Assembly (NCBI GenBank): GCA_049976845.1
Contig: JBMFHL010000001.1
Span: 43,435-107,434, forward strand
Direction of reading: 5' to 3'
DNA: 64,000 nt
Origin: Candidatus Micrarchaeia archaeon
GTDB lineage: Archaea > Micrarchaeota > Micrarchaeia > Micrarchaeales > CABMGC01
Made by a program: the position numbers and the translations under genes
Notes under the pieces: generated by a model
Database searches by the model: none
What the model was told of the DNA's origin: nothing
What the model saw: the letters and a program-made list of their open reading frames with translations, nothing else
Shown here: piece by piece, positions 18,864-29,022 of the stretch
How the letters are laid out: each line of letters begins with the position of its first letter
Numbering within the stretch: the stretch's first letter is position 1

Positions 18864-19535
18864 CTATATTATCCCATATTTGTAGAGGAACAAGGCAATT
18901 AATACTATTACTAGAACCAAAATAACAGCCACATTCTTCATCTTGCGCTTCGGCCTAGCTTTTGCGAGTGCTTCTTTTATTGCCGCCTCTTCGTCTACCT
19001 GCAATTTGTTATGATCCTTTGGCTCCTGTTTCTGCTGTGAATTTAAACCTCCAGCAACAACCTGTGCCTGTGGGGTCGCAGTTGTCTGGATTTTCAAAAA
19101 TCCTTTCTCAGTAAGCATCATGTCGACGCTGCCATTTTTGAGTTCGTAAGTCATGTACTCCTGCTTGTACAGTTTGTATAATCTCAATGCCAGATCCTTA
19201 GGCCTTAGGTTTAAGGTAGTGCTTAGTTCATTTGGCAGCCTCTTGCCTGCAGAAAGCTGTGTGAGTATTGTGCCATCAAGATTGTCAAAGGGCTCGGCAC
19301 TTCTCGTATTAGCTTCGTTTATAAGATTTTTCCCTGCATCTGTAAGGACCATGCCATTTGGTCCAGGATAATTTGATGTAAAATCAATTAAGCCTTTTTG
19401 CTTAAGAGTTCCTGCTATGTTTGACGCATCGAAGAAACTTGCATTTATGAGACTCCCAAATTTTTCAAGCACAGTATCAGGCGTAATCTTCAAAATGCAA
19501 GCTAAATCCATAAAATTTATTTCGTCGCTTGCCAT
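18864..19535 (-). CDS. Tandem winged-helix protein with a C-terminal transmembrane anchor
   Basis: Two wHTH-like units ending LKQKGLID...LTDAG and LYKQEYM...LTEKG; hydrophobic C-terminus VAVILVLVIVLIALFLY. Confidence 0.7.
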   Translation of the reverse strand: MASDEINFMDLACILKITPDTVLEKFGSLINASFFDASNIAGTLKQKGLIDFTSNYPGPNGMVLTDAGKNLINEANTRSAEPFDNLDGTILTQLSAGKRLPNELSTTLNLRPKDLALRLYKLYKQEYMTYELKNGSVDMMLTEKGFLKIQTTATPQAQVVAGGLNSQQKQEPKDHNKLQVDEEAAIKEALAKARPKRKMKNVAVILVLVIVLIALFLYKYGII

Positions 19536-19730
19536 GCAATCAACATTACAATATATGGATAGGAAAAGTCTATGAATTTATCACACAACCTATGTGGGTT
19601 ATGAGAATTCTAACTTCCTAAAAAATCAATGTAAGTGTTTACATATGAAAAAGGCATAAAAAGAAAGATTTTTAATAGAAAAGCGCAGAATAACATTATT
19701 GCATTAGTAGTGCATTGTCAAAGTGTTTTT

Positions 19731-20981
19731 TTGGAAATACAACTTCTTGGAGGAGCCAGCGAAGTAGGCAGGTCAGCGATACTGCTCAAAGACGAAAAGA
19801 AAATATTGCTGGATTATGGCATAAAAATTAACAATAAAACAGAATATCCTATGCAGGCTGGAGATGTAGATTTATTCATACTTAGCCATGCACATCTGGA
19901 TCACAGTGGCTTTGCCCCAGCACTATACTACTCTTCACTCCCTACTACTATAACCACAGAGCCAACAATAAAACTAAGCGAATTGCTGATAAAGGACTCA
20001 ATGAAGATAAGCAAGAGGCAGCATTCTAAGCAGAAATTTGTTAGGAGGCAGCTTCTCTCGTTCCTTGAGAAAAGTCTGCCATACGAATATGGAACGCAGA
20101 TGCAGAATGACGATTATTATATAACATTATATGATGCGGGCCACATAACAGGCAGTGCAATATCATTAGTGGAAAAAATAAAGAACGGAAGGAGGCTTGT
20201 ATATACTGGAGATTTTAAGATAGAACCGCAGATGCTGCAGGGCAGTGCTGACATAGTCGAAAGCGACATACTAATCACAGAATCAACATATGCAGATAAA
20301 GAGCACCCTGACAGGTCAGAGATAATCAAAAAGCTTGTAAATAATATAAGGGAAGTTCTTGATAATGGTGGCACAGCACTTGTACCTAGCTTTGCGGTTG
20401 GAAGGGCGCAAGAGATACTTGCAATTCTATATAGTCATGGCCTTATAGACTATACTTATATAGACGGAATGGCAAAAGCTGCCACTGAAATAGTTATTAA
20501 CTACCCTGAACAGACAAGAAACAAAGATCTCTTAATGAGTTCGGTAAAGAACGCCACGTGGATAGGCATGCATAGTGACAGGGCCGAAGCGCTAACAAGG
20601 CCAAGCATAATAGTTACAACTGCAGGCATGTTAACAGGGGGTCCTGTACTAAATTACATAACAAAACTAAATAACAAGTCAAAAATCTTTCTTACTGGGT
20701 ATCAAGTTGAAGGTACAAACGGCAACAAGCTCCTCAACGGCAAGCCGATAAATATAGATGGGAGGAACTATAAGATAAAAACTCCTGTGGAATTCTATGA
20801 CCTTTCGGCACATGCCGGTAAATCTGACCTTTATGAATATGTAAGAAAAAGCAATCCAGAAACTGTCATATGCGTGCACGGAGACAAAGAAAAAACAGAA
20901 TCATTTGCGGAAACCCTGAAGCTTGAAGGCTTCGATGCGCATTCGCCAAAAGTAGGAGATAAGATAGAAGTGGAATTCTAA
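19731..20981 (+). CDS. MBL/beta-CASP ribonuclease (aCPSF2-like)
   Basis: LGGASEVGRS, SHAHLDHSG, AGHITGS, YTGDF, ESTY, SAHA, VHG; probable TTG start at 19731. Confidence 0.9.
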   Translation: MEIQLLGGASEVGRSAILLKDEKKILLDYGIKINNKTEYPMQAGDVDLFILSHAHLDHSGFAPALYYSSLPTTITTEPTIKLSELLIKDSMKISKRQHSKQKFVRRQLLSFLEKSLPYEYGTQMQNDDYYITLYDAGHITGSAISLVEKIKNGRRLVYTGDFKIEPQMLQGSADIVESDILITESTYADKEHPDRSEIIKKLVNNIREVLDNGGTALVPSFAVGRAQEILAILYSHGLIDYTYIDGMAKAATEIVINYPEQTRNKDLLMSSVKNATWIGMHSDRAEALTRPSIIVTTAGMLTGGPVLNYITKLNNKSKIFLTGYQVEGTNGNKLLNGKPINIDGRNYKIKTPVEFYDLSAHAGKSDLYEYVRKSNPETVICVHGDKEKTESFAETLKLEGFDAHSPKVGDKIEVEF

Positions 20982-21353
20982 TTATTCCTCTCCAGGCTCA
21001 ATACTGTCATCTTCTCCATCAATCTCCTCTGTTGAGCCAAGCTCCTCTTCGTTGCCCGTGCCTTTTTCAATTACTTCTATCTTGCCCCATTTGCCAGCTG
21101 AAAGCTGCGGGGTGCCTCTGAATTCACTCACATAACCATTAGTAACCCTCACCTTGTCGCCAACAGCCACAGTTTCAATATCCTTGCCCCATACCGAGAG
21201 CACAATGCTTCCTGTGTCATCCTTCAAAGTAACATTAGCAACATTCAATCTTTTTCCATATTTTGTTACCACTTCTCTAGGCTCTTGTTTTTCTGCTACA
21301 GTAGCCTCAATAGTAACATTAGTTGCACCTGCCTTTAACTCATTTATTTTCAT
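20982..21353 (-). CDS. ssb: Single-stranded DNA-binding protein (single OB fold, acidic tail)
   Basis: KINELK...NVTIEATV...DDTGSIVLSVW...GDKVRVTNGYV; GGTGA upstream of ATG 21353. Confidence 0.9.
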   Translation of the reverse strand: MKINELKAGATNVTIEATVAEKQEPREVVTKYGKRLNVANVTLKDDTGSIVLSVWGKDIETVAVGDKVRVTNGYVSEFRGTPQLSAGKWGKIEVIEKGTGNEEELGSTEEIDGEDDSIEPGEE

Positions 21354-21663
21354 TAACTCACCAATAAGAACTAACAAGTTATATAAAAGGGATTAATTAT
21401 AATAATCTTTGTTTCTGAAGAAGAGCCCAAAAAAGGTAAATTTGGTACGAACAGCAATATTTTACATCTGCATTCGAAATAAATCCCTCCATGTTATAAA
21501 ACAATTCAAAATACCTATACCTATCAAAAACAATAATCAAAGCCCTTACAGGATTTCAATGCGATACATAAAGCAGCCATTTGAACCTTATTTGTATAAT
21601 AAGCATACCTTCAAACAAATAGATAATTTATAATTGTTGCTTACAATTATTTAGTGGGGTTTT

Positions 21664-22911
21664 ATGGCTGAAGCATTCTCTGATTTATTAAAGGAATCAA
21701 GTATATTCGCAAACAGGGACGCACTGTCTCCGCACTATATGCCAAATAACCTCCTGTTTAGAGAAAAGCAGATAAGCAACATAGTCAAATATCTCACCCC
21801 TTCACTCAGGGGCGAAAGGGGCAGAAATCTCTTTATATATGGGAAGACAGGAACAGGGAAGACATCCTGCATGAAATACGTGATAGAGAAAGTCAAAGAG
21901 ATTTCAACGGTAAAAGCAAAGATCTCCTATGTCAATTGTAGGATATACAACTCTAGATATAGGGTATTGAGTAAGCTGATGAGCGATCATTTACCTTCAT
22001 ATGCCAAGAGAGGCTACGGCATTGTAGACATCTATGAGAAACTCATAAACTGGATAGAAGAAGATGGCAAGGTGCTTATAGTTGTGCTAGATGAGGTAGA
22101 TGTAGTAAAAGACTTAGATGACTTAATATATACGCTGACAAGGGCAAACAGCGATATAAAAAGTGGAGGAGTAACAATTGTAGGTATATCAAACAAAATA
22201 TCCTTCAAAGAAGAATTGGACCCAAGGAGCATATCAACACTTTATGAAAATGAACTAGTTTTCCCTCCATACAATTCTACCGAACTTGCAGCAATATTGA
22301 AGCAGAGGGCAGAAATAGGATTCAAACAGGGGGTCATAGATTCTGCTTCATTGAACCTAGCAGCCGCAATAGCAGCAAAGGAAAGCGGGGATGCAAGGCT
22401 TGCCCTAAAGATACTTTCAAAAGCAGGAGAGCTCGCCGAGGAGCACGGCATAAAGTTCATATCAACTGAAGAAGTGAACGAGGCATCAAAATCGGCAGAT
22501 GAAGAAGTAGCATACGAGCTTATAAGCACATTGCCAGAACACCAGAAACTTGTGGTCTATGCAATAGCAATCCTTACACTTCAGGGCAGCAAATACAAAA
22601 AGCTCATAGATGGAGCCGAAGCATATCTTTTCAGCGGAGAGGTATATGACAAGTATGTGGCAATAAGCAATTCAATGAACAAGGAGCCAAAGAGCTCCAG
22701 GTGGTACAGAAAATACATATCTGATCTGGAGATGCAAGGACTAATAAACACCTATGAGTCTGGTAAGGGCATAAGGGGCCACACCAAGCTGATAAAGCTA
22801 GCATATCCACCAGAAAAGATAAAATCAACAATAGAGAAAGGCCTTTTTAGGGAAAGCGAAGCGGATTCAACAGGGGGTTCTTCAGAAAGTCCAGATGACG
22901 CTTTGCATTAG
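21664..22911 (+). CDS. cdc6: Orc1/Cdc6 replication initiator
   Basis: LSPHYMP, GKTGTGKT, YVNC, LDEVD, FPPY, GDAR, C-terminal winged helix. Confidence 0.95.
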   Translation: MAEAFSDLLKESSIFANRDALSPHYMPNNLLFREKQISNIVKYLTPSLRGERGRNLFIYGKTGTGKTSCMKYVIEKVKEISTVKAKISYVNCRIYNSRYRVLSKLMSDHLPSYAKRGYGIVDIYEKLINWIEEDGKVLIVVLDEVDVVKDLDDLIYTLTRANSDIKSGGVTIVGISNKISFKEELDPRSISTLYENELVFPPYNSTELAAILKQRAEIGFKQGVIDSASLNLAAAIAAKESGDARLALKILSKAGELAEEHGIKFISTEEVNEASKSADEEVAYELISTLPEHQKLVVYAIAILTLQGSKYKKLIDGAEAYLFSGEVYDKYVAISNSMNKEPKSSRWYRKYISDLEMQGLINTYESGKGIRGHTKLIKLAYPPEKIKSTIEKGLFRESEADSTGGSSESPDDALH

Positions 22912-22925
22912 CGCAAGGAATTCAA

Positions 22926-23420
22926 ATGGAGTATTTTGATATCTCTTATGCGAATGACAATTTGCCTAGCCTAGCGTTAAGGCTAGGATACAAGAAAATT
23001 TTTACCATAGGCAAAGAAGTTTTTTTAGTAGAGAAGGAATCTGAAATTAAACAAAAATCGATAATCTACAGTAAAGATGCTCCAAAGCTTCTAAAGCAGA
23101 GCAAGGTTTTTGCAGTGGTAGCGGACAAGATAAATGAAGACCTAATCCAGAAGATAAAGGGCCAGGAGAAAATACTGATAATCGATGCCTCTGCAATAAT
23201 ACGAGCTTCTAGCGAGCCGCAAGCTGTGCAAAATATTAAGAAAGCTAGGAAGATAGTCTCCTATGCGCTGCGATCTAGGGTAAAACTGGCAATAGCATCA
23301 TTCGCAAAGGACGCTCACGGGCTTATTTCAGCTGAGCAAATGATAGAGCTGGCAAAATTTTTGGGTGCAAACGAAGGGCATGCAAAAGCAATGCTCAAAC
23401 AACTGGGTGCAGATCAATGA
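22926..23420 (+). CDS. rnp3: Ribonuclease P protein Rpp30 (divergent)
   Basis: C-terminal IASFAKDAHGLIS...LAKFLG pattern; position before Pop5-psmA. Confidence 0.65.
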   Translation: MEYFDISYANDNLPSLALRLGYKKIFTIGKEVFLVEKESEIKQKSIIYSKDAPKLLKQSKVFAVVADKINEDLIQKIKGQEKILIIDASAIIRASSEPQAVQNIKKARKIVSYALRSRVKLAIASFAKDAHGLISAEQMIELAKFLGANEGHAKAMLKQLGADQ

Positions 23421-23761
23421 TAGCAAGGAAAAAAAGCAGATACATACTAATCGAGCTTTCAAGGCCGTTAGAAATTACATCGGCTCCAGCATATGATGAA
23501 TTCATCGAAAGCATAAAAAGGAATATAGGCATGCTCGACTTCTCAAGCATGGGCATTTACCCAATTAAAAGGTTAAGCGACAGTATATTCATATTCAAAG
23601 TGAACAGGGGATATGAGAAGAAATTCATACTTGCCTCTGCTTTTATAAGCTCACTCTCTGGATACAGCATAAGCATATATTCAATATGTACTTCAGGCAC
23701 CATAAAAGCATTGCTGAAAAAATATGAAAGAAAGTATGTTGCATTAAAGCAAGCGCACTAG
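23417..23761 (+). CDS. rnp2: Ribonuclease P protein Pop5/Rpp14
   Basis: RKKSRYILIE and TSGTIKAL motifs. Confidence 0.85.
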   Translation: MIARKKSRYILIELSRPLEITSAPAYDEFIESIKRNIGMLDFSSMGIYPIKRLSDSIFIFKVNRGYEKKFILASAFISSLSGYSISIYSICTSGTIKALLKKYERKYVALKQAH

Positions 23762-23890
23762 CGCAGTGCCATTTGAGGCAAGCAAATTTTATTATTTTTT
23801 CATAAGCCTAATAAAATCCTCAAAACAAAAAGTTTATAATATTGCATAAACATAATTACTAAAGATTCTCATGCTTCTTAGGTGAATTTG

Positions 23891-24586
23891 ATGTATCCAA
23901 ACATACAAGCATATGATAGAGGAGTGATGTTTAACCCAGACGGCAGATTATTCCAAGTGGAATATGCTAAGGAAGCTGTAAGGAAGGGAGCAACCTCAAT
24001 AGGCCTTATAGCAAAAGACAGCGTTGTTTTTGTAGCGCACAAAAACATAACAGAGCCTTTGGCAGTTCCAGATACAATACAGAAAGTTTTTAGGATAGAC
24101 TCTCATATCGGCGCAACCTATAGCGGCATGGTGGCCGACGGCCTGCACATAGTGGGCATTGCAAGAAACTCAGCACAGAATCACAGGCTTGTATACAATG
24201 AAGTTAAATCAGTAGAAGCAATAGCAAAGGATCTAGCATCATACATGATGCAGGCGACGCAATATGGCGGAATGAGGCCTTATGCCGTTTCTGTGCTTGT
24301 TGGCGGTATAGATACTTCTCCGAGACTCTTCGAGATAGAACCAGGCGCATCATTCCTTGGCTACAAGGCAGATGCAATAGGTATAGGAAAGAAAGTTGCC
24401 TCAGATATGCTATTAAAAGAGTACAAGGATGATATGAAGCTTGACGATGCCATCTCTCTAGGGGTTAGAGTTATAAAAAAGGCAAGCGAAGCTAAGGTCA
24501 ACCCTGAGAATATAGATATTGGCTATATTGAAGATGGGATCGAATTTACAATGCTGAAACATGACGAAATAGCAAAATACCTTTAA
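23891..24586 (+). CDS. psmA: Proteasome alpha subunit
   Basis: YDRGVMFNPDGRLFQVEYA. Confidence 0.97.
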   Translation: MYPNIQAYDRGVMFNPDGRLFQVEYAKEAVRKGATSIGLIAKDSVVFVAHKNITEPLAVPDTIQKVFRIDSHIGATYSGMVADGLHIVGIARNSAQNHRLVYNEVKSVEAIAKDLASYMMQATQYGGMRPYAVSVLVGGIDTSPRLFEIEPGASFLGYKADAIGIGKKVASDMLLKEYKDDMKLDDAISLGVRVIKKASEAKVNPENIDIGYIEDGIEFTMLKHDEIAKYL

Positions 24587-24610
24587 TTTTTATTATCCGC
24601 TGTGACATCT

Positions 24611-25300
24611 ATGTCTTCTAAGAAAGTTATCGCAAAATACTCTATCGGTGGCGAAGAATTTGAAATATTCGTAGATGCCGATATTGCATATGAATACATA
24701 ACAGGCAAAAGAAGTGACCCTCTTGCCGCATTAGAGACAGACGAAGTATTCAAAGACGCAAACAAAGGCGAGAGGCAAAGCAATGAAAAACTTGCAAAAG
24801 CTTTTGGCACTACAGATATCGCGAAAATAGCGTCGACAATACTCAAGAATGGAAATGTGCCCATAACAACAGAGCAGAGAGGCAAGCTACTCGAAGAAAA
24901 AAGGAAACAAATAATTTCAATAATATCCAGAAATTCAATAGATCCAAGGACAAACGCTCCACATCCAATGCAAAGAATAGAAAACGCCATGGAGCAGGCA
25001 AAGGTCTCTATAGATCCATTCAAAAATGCAAGTGAACAAGTCGATCAGATAGTAAAGAAAATTAACATGATAATACCAATAAAATTTGCAGTTGCAAAAA
25101 TAGAGGTTATAATACCTCCAAGCTATTCAAACAGATGTTATAATATACTTAAGCAGTATGGCCTCAAATCAGAGAAATGGCTTGCTGACGGTTCGCTTTC
25201 GGCAATAGTGGAATTCCCCGCAGGGTTGCAGAGCGAATTTTTCGACAAACTTAACAGTGCAACCCAAGGAAACGCAGAAACAAAAATTTTAGAGGTGTGA
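24611..25300 (+). CDS. Ribosome maturation protein SBDS/Sdo1
   Basis: [28 protein letters not shown]. Confidence 0.95.
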   Translation: MSSKKVIAKYSIGGEEFEIFVDADIAYEYITGKRSDPLAALETDEVFKDANKGERQSNEKLAKAFGTTDIAKIASTILKNGNVPITTEQRGKLLEEKRKQIISIISRNSIDPRTNAPHPMQRIENAMEQAKVSIDPFKNASEQVDQIVKKINMIIPIKFAVAKIEVIIPPSYSNRCYNILKQYGLKSEKWLADGSLSAIVEFPAGLQSEFFDKLNSATQGNAETKILEV

Positions 25301-25304
25301 TTAA

Positions 25305-25913
25305 ATGGGAAAAATAGTTGTTCCAGGAGATTTACTATCAGATAAACCTATACGCATTGAAAATGCAATAATAGACGAAGGAAAGACCTATTCGACTGTG
25401 CTCGGCATGTTTGACAGCGAAAAAAACACATTAATCCCTTTGGAGGGGTTATGGTATCCTAGGCATGGGGATGTAGTAATAGGTATAATAACCGAGGAGA
25501 GGATGAGCAGTTATTCTGTCGATCTCAATGCACCTTATAAAGGAATACTGATAGCAAAGTATACGAGAGAAGAGTTCTCACTAGGTGACATAATTGAAGC
25601 CACGGTGAAAGAGCTTGACGAAACTCAGACTGTTGTGCTAATGCATGAAAGAAAGCTCTTTGGTGGAAAGATAATAGAAATCAAACCATCAAAGATACCA
25701 AGGATAATAGGAAAGGAAAATACAATGCTCACCCAGCTTACAGAAGGTACAAAATCCACTATAGTGGTGGGCATGAATGGCAGAGTATGGATAAAAGGCG
25801 GCGACGTTGCACTTACAACAGAGGCTATACTTAAAATAGAAGAAGAGGCTCACACGGCAGGTCTGACAGACAGGATAAAGGAGATGCTTGAAAAATCAAA
25901 ATCAGGGAAGTGA
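25305..25913 (+). CDS. rrp4: Exosome RNA-binding subunit Rrp4
   Basis: VVPGD, S1 domain, KH-like PRIIGKEN, GMNGRVWI, EAHTAGLT. Confidence 0.93.
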   Translation: MGKIVVPGDLLSDKPIRIENAIIDEGKTYSTVLGMFDSEKNTLIPLEGLWYPRHGDVVIGIITEERMSSYSVDLNAPYKGILIAKYTREEFSLGDIIEATVKELDETQTVVLMHERKLFGGKIIEIKPSKIPRIIGKENTMLTQLTEGTKSTIVVGMNGRVWIKGGDVALTTEAILKIEEEAHTAGLTDRIKEMLEKSKSGK

Positions 25914-25917
25914 TATT

Positions 25918-26658
25918 ATGAGTTCAGCAAACAAACCAGAACTTCTAATAAATGGAAGAAGATTGGACAACAGGGATTTCGATGAGCTTAGGCCCATGAA
26001 AATAATCGCAGGTGTTTTGAAGAATGCAGATGGTTCTGCTTATATGGAATGGGGCAACAATAAGATATTTGCAGCAATCTATGGGCCACGGGAAGCTTTA
26101 CCAAAGCACACCTCGGATCCAGAGAAAGCAGTTATAAAGTGCAGATATTCAATGGCGCCTTTTTCATCATTGGAAGAGCACGGGCGCTCTGGGCCTAACA
26201 GGCGTGCAATAGAGATCTCAAAAGTAACCAAGGAGGTGTTCGAAAACGTTATAATAGCAGAAAACTTTCCTGGAAGTGAAATAAACATATTCATAGAGGT
26301 CTTGCAAAGCGACGGTGGCACAAGAGCAGCAGGAATAACTACCGCTGCCGTAGCATTGGCAACCTCTGGAATACCAATGCGCGATTTGCCATTTGCAGTT
26401 TCTGCAGGTAAAATAGGCGAGCAAGTAGTATTGGACTTGAATAAGATAGAAGATAACTATTCTGATGCAGATATGCCTGTGGCAATGCTTCCAAGAACAG
26501 GCGAAGTGCTTCTTTTGCAGATGGATGGCTCATTGACAAGAGAGCAATTCTCCGAAGCATTCAGAATGATAAAAAAGGCAGGGCAGACAATATCGAAGGT
26601 ACAGAAAGACGCTTTAAAGGCGCCATATGAAAAAATTACAAACAAATACAAGGTGTAA
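25918..26658 (+). CDS. rrp41: Exosome catalytic subunit Rrp41
   Basis: ADGSAY, YGPRE, MAPFS, RRAIEISKV, SDGGTR, ED...DADMP. Confidence 0.95.
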   Translation: MSSANKPELLINGRRLDNRDFDELRPMKIIAGVLKNADGSAYMEWGNNKIFAAIYGPREALPKHTSDPEKAVIKCRYSMAPFSSLEEHGRSGPNRRAIEISKVTKEVFENVIIAENFPGSEINIFIEVLQSDGGTRAAGITTAAVALATSGIPMRDLPFAVSAGKIGEQVVLDLNKIEDNYSDADMPVAMLPRTGEVLLLQMDGSLTREQFSEAFRMIKKAGQTISKVQKDALKAPYEKITNKYKV

Positions 26659-26660
26659 GA

Positions 26661-27446
26661 ATGCAAACAATAAATTCAGTTAAGGGTGCATATATAAAAG
26701 AGCTGCTAAACAAAGGCACAAGAGTGGGCAGAGGGATGTATGATTACAGAAGCATAAACATTGAGCAGGGTATGATACCACATGCCGAAGGCTCTGCTCA
26801 GGTTGATTTGGGCTATACGAAAGTGCTTGCCGGAGTAAAGATAGATATTGATGAGCCGATGCCCGACAAGCCAGATGAAGGGAATCTGGTAATGTCTGCC
26901 GAGCTGTTGCCTCTCGCTTCTGCTGACTACGATGTTGGCCCTCCAAGTCCAGAAGCTATTGAGCTGGCAAGGGTAGTAGACAGGGGCATAAGGGCAGCCA
27001 ACGTAATAGATACAAAATCTTTATTCATAAGTGAAGGCAAGGTATGGTCTGTGTTTATAGATATATACATACTAAATTATGATGGCAATCTTTTTGACGC
27101 AAGCACGCTTGCAGCCGTTGCGGCATTGTCAAATACAAGGATGCCAAAGTACGAAGACGAAAAGGTAATAAGGGAAGGCAATCTTGGCAAACTCAAGATT
27201 AGCAGTCTAGTGACATCATGCACATATGCAAAAATAGGCAATAATCTAATACTAGACCCTAACGGAGAAGAAGAATCAATAATGGACGCGCGCTTGACTA
27301 TAGCAAATGATGAAGGCTATATAAGAGCAATGCAAAAGGGGCTAAGCGGTGCCTTCACGCAGCAAGAAATAGAAAAGCTTATAGATGAGACATTCGAAAA
27401 GTCTAAAGATTTAAGGGCTGCAATAAATAAGCTAAAAACTGATTGA
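26661..27446 (+). CDS. rrp42: Exosome subunit Rrp42
   Basis: AEGSA, ELARVVDRGIR, DGNLFDA, DP..EEE. Confidence 0.95.
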   Translation: MQTINSVKGAYIKELLNKGTRVGRGMYDYRSINIEQGMIPHAEGSAQVDLGYTKVLAGVKIDIDEPMPDKPDEGNLVMSAELLPLASADYDVGPPSPEAIELARVVDRGIRAANVIDTKSLFISEGKVWSVFIDIYILNYDGNLFDASTLAAVAALSNTRMPKYEDEKVIREGNLGKLKISSLVTSCTYAKIGNNLILDPNGEEESIMDARLTIANDEGYIRAMQKGLSGAFTQQEIEKLIDETFEKSKDLRAAINKLKTD

Positions 27447-27447
27447 T

Positions 27448-27690
27448 ATGGTAAATGCAAGCATAAGATACGGAGTAAGTCTCAGGAAGAGATACATGGC
27501 AGTGCAGAAAGAGAAGAAGGCAAGATATAAGTGCGATGTGTGCGGAAGATTGGCAGTCAAAAGAATAAGCACAGGCATCTGGAAGTGCAAGCACTGTGGC
27601 GCCACATACGCCGGCGGTGCATATACCCTAAAGACATCAGCAGGAGAAACTGCGAACAGGATAATAATGCAATATTTGCAAAGTGAGTAA
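27448..27690 (+). CDS. rpl37ae: 50S ribosomal protein L37Ae (eL43)
   Basis: RYGVSLRK, CDVC, GIWKCKHC, GGAY. Confidence 0.95.
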   Translation: MVNASIRYGVSLRKRYMAVQKEKKARYKCDVCGRLAVKRISTGIWKCKHCGATYAGGAYTLKTSAGETANRIIMQYLQSE

Positions 27691-28056
27691 ATGGTAAAAA
27701 TAGAGTATTCGCCTGCTACCGAACTGGTGGTGCACGAAGTAATTAAAGTAGATAAGGAAGATTTGCTTAGGGAGAGGGTGACGCCATCAGGCACAATGCC
27801 GCTATACTGGTGCGATGGCATACTATTTAGCTTCTCGTCCCTGCCCATGACAGATGACGTGATAAAAGATTATCTTAAAGGAAAAATACACTGGCTCGAG
27901 GTGCATTTTGCCAAAATGGACGAGTACACACCAATACTCACATTGAATGAGGAGGAGTATAAAGCCACTATGAATGTAAGAATAATAGACACGAGTAGCT
28001 CGCAGCTCCATAAGGAGTTTTCAAAGTGGCTAAAATCAAACATAAAAGGAAAATAG
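27691..28056 (+). CDS. Conserved hypothetical protein inside the exosome operon
   Basis: 121-aa ORF abutting rpl37ae; PLYWCDGILF segment. Confidence 0.75.
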   Translation: MVKIEYSPATELVVHEVIKVDKEDLLRERVTPSGTMPLYWCDGILFSFSSLPMTDDVIKDYLKGKIHWLEVHFAKMDEYTPILTLNEEEYKATMNVRIIDTSSSQLHKEFSKWLKSNIKGK

Positions 28057-28077
28057 AAAAATAGACGAGGCGATAGA

Positions 28078-28209
28078 ATGGCGTATGTGTGTTTGCAATG
28101 CGGAAAGCAGATAAAAGACATCTCAAATTTCATAAGGTGTCCGTACTGTGGCTACAGGGTAATTGCAAAAGAAAGGTCTTCCCTAGCCAGAGAAGTATCT
28201 ACAGACTAG
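28078..28209 (+). CDS. rpoP: RNA polymerase subunit P (Rpo12)
   Basis: Below ORF-track cutoff. Manual translation MAYVCLQCGKQIKDISNFIRCPYCGYRVIAKERSSLAREVSTD; GAGG upstream. Confidence 0.93.
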   Translation: MAYVCLQCGKQIKDISNFIRCPYCGYRVIAKERSSLAREVSTD

Positions 28210-28216
28210 AAACAGG

Positions 28217-28456
28217 CTATTCTTCTCCTACTATAATAGTTTCTGCAATACTTTTAACCCTCTTGTACAATATGCTGTTTTTTGAAAGATCCCTTTTCAC
28301 ATCCTCGCTCTTTGCGAGGCTCTCCAACTTTGTGGTAAGCAAGTGAGATACTGATCCGTTTTCAACATCTAAAACAACAGCCTTTACATCGCCAAGCATC
28401 TTTCCAGCAGAAGTTATAATTTTCTTCCCATACAATTCAGACAAGTTAATTCCCAT
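28217..28456 (-). CDS. PRC-barrel domain protein (CdpB-like)
   Basis: LSELYGKKIITSAGKMLGDVKAVVLDVENGSV...ILYKRVKSIAETIIV. Confidence 0.85.
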   Translation of the reverse strand: MGINLSELYGKKIITSAGKMLGDVKAVVLDVENGSVSHLLTTKLESLAKSEDVKRDLSKNSILYKRVKSIAETIIVGEE

Positions 28457-28461
28457 AATAT

Positions 28462-29022
28462 TCACTTCTTTATACTAATTCTCATAATTTTCTTAGAAGC
28501 AAAAATTCTTATTATATACTCTTTCAGCTCGTTTACAAATGCACCCTCATCCTTCTCTCTTTCTGCAAGCTCCTCTTTAGTAAATAGCTCCATATTCAAG
28601 CGTATAAGCGTCTTCAAATACGTGTCTGTCAGCGAATAAAATTTCTGGCCGCATGAGGTGCATACAAATATAGGCATGGTCTGCACTTTCGAAAGTAGCC
28701 TTGTGTCTATAAGGTCAAGTTCTCTTCTTATACTCCTTTTCCCACACTTGCTGCATTCTGCATTGATATGTACTCCTTCATAAAAGGGCTTGTCAATTAT
28801 ATTGTATGTATATGCCCCATTTGGAGTGTGCCTTCTCAAAGCTTCTATCCCATCATCAGCATTCTCCAGGCTTTGCCCAAGCACTTCTCCATCTTCATTA
28901 AACTCTGTAACCAAGAAACCCCTCATTATACGTTCAGAAAGCACAGTCCTCTTTTCGTTACCATAGTAAAAATCGGCCTTAAGCCTGCCATCCGGACTCC
29001 TAAACACATCAACACTATTCAT
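28462..29022 (-). CDS. Zn-ribbon protein
   Basis: CSKCG...MPIFVCTSCGQKFY (YgiT/MqsA-like ribbon pattern). Confidence 0.7.
   Translation of the reverse strand: MNSVDVFRSPDGRLKADFYYGNEKRTVLSERIMRGFLVTEFNEDGEVLGQSLENADDGIEALRRHTPNGAYTYNIIDKPFYEGVHINAECSKCGKRSIRRELDLIDTRLLSKVQTMPIFVCTSCGQKFYSLTDTYLKTLIRLNMELFTKEELAEREKDEGAFVNELKEYIIRIFASKKIMRISIKK

Noticed and set aside
21354..21663. Origin of replication upstream of cdc6
   Set aside because: AT-rich divergent promoter region with only one weak ORB-like string (TTCTTCAGAAACAAAG, minus strand) and no repeated ORBs
28089..28346. 85-aa ORF
   Set aside because: Wrong frame; the real gene is rpoP at 28078-28209
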